A stretch of 64,000 nucleotides of DNA. Source: Alphaproteobacteria bacterium. GTDB lineage: Bacteria; Pseudomonadota; Alphaproteobacteria; Rs-D84. The DNA lies in NCBI GenBank assembly GCA_033345195.1, contig JAWPOE010000008.1:112940-176939 (forward strand), written 5' to 3'. The notes beneath the pieces were generated by a model, which was not told the DNA's origin, did not search any database, and was given only the letters and a program-made list of their open reading frames with translations. Positions 61,873 through 64,000 of the stretch are shown here, piece after piece. Position 1 is the first letter of the stretch; every line of letters begins with the position of its first letter. A program made the position numbers and the translations under genes.

Positions 61873-63903
61873 TTATTTGCATGCGCCGTATGATTTTGCC
61901 ACAGAATAATTTTCAACGCATACACTGCCAGATGGTTTACATGCAGAATATACCAATTCTGTCTTGTTTGCGTCGTTTGGTTTATAGTTAAACTGGGCAT
62001 TTTTACAATCGTTCAAATCATGATACATTGCGCACATATCTTGCCATGATTTACAGTCTGTTACCTTGGCAGTTGGGGCAATTGTATCAGGCAGACGCAG
62101 ATTCCATTTTACATAGAAATCTTTTAGTGTACCGATATGATGAGATTTTCCAAATCCAACCTGTTCCAGATTGTCGCCAACACGACAATTAATGTTATTC
62201 TTTTCAACATATGCGGTAATAGCTGTTGCCAAACCGCCTGCGCCTGCGCCAATTGCAGCGCCGGTGGCAATACTTTTACCCATGTTGCCTTTTTCGCCCT
62301 TTAAGATTTCTAGGCGTGACAGTACGCCGCCCAATGTGTTTACTTCGCGATTGATTTCGTCGATTGTGCGACACCCTGTTTGTGCGGTACATTCAACACC
62401 GGTACCCTGGGTTAATGCCATATTTAATGGCTTGAACATACAACGACCAGTATCGTTTTGTGAATTTATAGAATTTAGTGCCTGGTTCAGGCTGTTTGAA
62501 ACAGCGGTTTGTACTGCGTTATCGCTAACAGAAGAACCTGTTTCTGTTACGGTTGTTGTGACGGTTACTTCGGTTTCTGTTTCGACAATTGCAGAATTCA
62601 TTGATTGGCAATTTGAAATTGCGTCTTTATATTCGTTGTATAAAGCCTGTAATTCCAGTATGTCGTTACATTGTGATTGTGTTATTTGTTCGCCTGTTAC
62701 AGATATTGTATCAATCAGGTATTGATTCAAAATGTTCGTCTTGCCAGATTCGCGTAATTGTTCTGTTAATTTTTTTAGGTGTCCGTCATTTGAACAATCG
62801 AATGCACGTGCGCCATGTCCGGCAATTGCGCCCGCGCCAGCCCCCAATACGGTGCCACCACCAATACCGACAACTGCGGCGGTATTTGTGTCTTTCATTA
62901 ACGAGAAGCCAAATAAATCTTTGCCACAATTAAATGTTTCGCCTGTTTCTTTCCATGCCTCGGCCGGTCGGTCGTCGCCAACGGCACCAAATAACCAGCT
63001 GTTAATAATAGGTTTGTCTTTGTTATATGCACCAATGCGTATCAAGCATGTTCCGGTTGTGGCATCCCAACGTGCATAATGGCCACGTGCGCCATCAACC
63101 CCAGGATTGCCATTGTTTACCTTTACACCCAATGGATTTCGTTTGATTAAGATATTTCCATGTTGTGAATTATATGCGCCAACAGGATTGTTGTATTCGT
63201 GGGTTGTCTTGTCAGAAATGCTGACTGCATTAAATGATGAACCGTATGTGTTTTTATCCAATAACCAACATGTGTTTTCGGCCTGGTTTGGGGTTAATCC
63301 TGTTTTGCGTAATACGAATGCATAATATTCTGGTTGAACCTTGCGTGAATTAAAGTCAATCCATACATCTGCAGATGAACGATATATGTTACGACAGTCG
63401 CGTCGAACCTGGGCAACGCATTTTTCTGTTTGGTTTATACATTGCCCCATGCCATTAACAATTGCATTGCGTAAATCTTCGTTAAACAAGTCGTTTAAAC
63501 CGTTCGGCAATGCGCCGTTATTGACACATTGCAATACGTCATTCATACACATATCAACAGTGTATTTTGAATCCTTTACACCGCCGTCTGGACATTCAGA
63601 CCCGGGATTTGGGTTATCTGGTTGCGGTGGGTTTGGTTCGTCTGGTGTGTCAGGGTCAGGATTATTTGGTATATTTGGATTCCATTGTTCTGGTATATCT
63701 GTTGACACGTTTCCCACAGAAATAATTGGCAATGTTGGCATTGATGGCATGCGCTGTTGTGCCGTGCCGACACCACTGTTTGCAGTTGCAGAACGCGCAT
63801 TCGATGTACCATTGCGGGCAGTTGCCGCGTTTGCACCGTATATCAGGGCAAATATGCTTACAGAAATTACAGAAGTCCCAAGCAACTTGGATAATCGGGT
63901 CAT
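61873..63903 (-). CDS. Large (676 aa) secreted Cys-rich protein with a Pro/Asp/Asn-rich linker (PNNPDPDTPDEPNPPQPDNPNPGS) and Gly/Ala-rich segments. Candidate surface protein or adhesin.
   Basis: Signal peptide MTRLSKLLGTSVISVSIFALIYGANA, more than 25 Cys, low-complexity linker, no TM. Confidence 0.55.
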   Translation of the reverse strand: MTRLSKLLGTSVISVSIFALIYGANAATARNGTSNARSATANSGVGTAQQRMPSMPTLPIISVGNVSTDIPEQWNPNIPNNPDPDTPDEPNPPQPDNPNPGSECPDGGVKDSKYTVDMCMNDVLQCVNNGALPNGLNDLFNEDLRNAIVNGMGQCINQTEKCVAQVRRDCRNIYRSSADVWIDFNSRKVQPEYYAFVLRKTGLTPNQAENTCWLLDKNTYGSSFNAVSISDKTTHEYNNPVGAYNSQHGNILIKRNPLGVKVNNGNPGVDGARGHYARWDATTGTCLIRIGAYNKDKPIINSWLFGAVGDDRPAEAWKETGETFNCGKDLFGFSLMKDTNTAAVVGIGGGTVLGAGAGAIAGHGARAFDCSNDGHLKKLTEQLRESGKTNILNQYLIDTISVTGEQITQSQCNDILELQALYNEYKDAISNCQSMNSAIVETETEVTVTTTVTETGSSVSDNAVQTAVSNSLNQALNSINSQNDTGRCMFKPLNMALTQGTGVECTAQTGCRTIDEINREVNTLGGVLSRLEILKGEKGNMGKSIATGAAIGAGAGGLATAITAYVEKNNINCRVGDNLEQVGFGKSHHIGTLKDFYVKWNLRLPDTIAPTAKVTDCKSWQDMCAMYHDLNDCKNAQFNYKPNDANKTELVYSACKPSGSVCVENYSVAKSYGACK

Positions 63904-64000
63904 GAAATCCTCTCCTAAATCTATTATCCTTTGTATTATGTCATAAAAGTAAAAATAAGAAAAGAACTTTTTATGATTTTTGAATTGACAAATCTGTATA

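Overview
AT-rich (about 35-40% GC by eye) bacterial chromosome segment, gene-dense, dominated by core housekeeping genes. Several proteins (L35 N-terminus MPKLKTKS, Cys-less bL36, type-2 IleS, rvh-like VirB2/3/4) point to an alphaproteobacterium, possibly a Rickettsiales/Holosporales-like endosymbiont. That taxonomic guess is low confidence. Core genes found: der, infB-nusA, lpxD-fabZ, mnmG-fabG-fabD, queH-metG, nth, ileS, pheST-rplT-rpmI, mreCD-mrdA-rodA, topA, dnaG, ychF, rmlACDB, lpxK-lpxC, gyrB, ung, plus tRNA-Cys and initiator tRNA-fMet. Accessory content worth attention: (i) a T4SS fragment, virB3-virB4 plus a co-transcribed secreted HExxH protein, with a VirB2-like pilin about 4 kb downstream past an rml cluster, preceded by an intergenic region carrying at least 7 copies of a TGTTGAAA motif and a CtrA-box-like TTAA-N7-TTAAC; (ii) an orphan type IVb-pilus/T2SS-like assembly core (GspL/PilO-like, PilP/GspC-like, GspE/PilQ ATPase, GspF/PilR platform) behind a strong sigma70 promoter, with no pilin, secretin or prepilin peptidase nearby; (iii) split MacB and MacA-TolC efflux loci; (iv) two tRNA genes, each followed by a direct repeat of its 3' end plus downstream terminator, separated by only about 140 bp of unique sequence, with no integrase; (v) a 49-bp palindromic element present twice, each copy abutting a gene boundary; (vi) AT-rich orphan genes: a 604-aa coiled-coil protein, an SGNH-like 287-aa protein, a JAB/MPN-like protein, an HhH glycosylase-like protein and a 676-aa Cys/Pro-rich secreted protein. 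No CRISPR array, transposase or integrase was seen.
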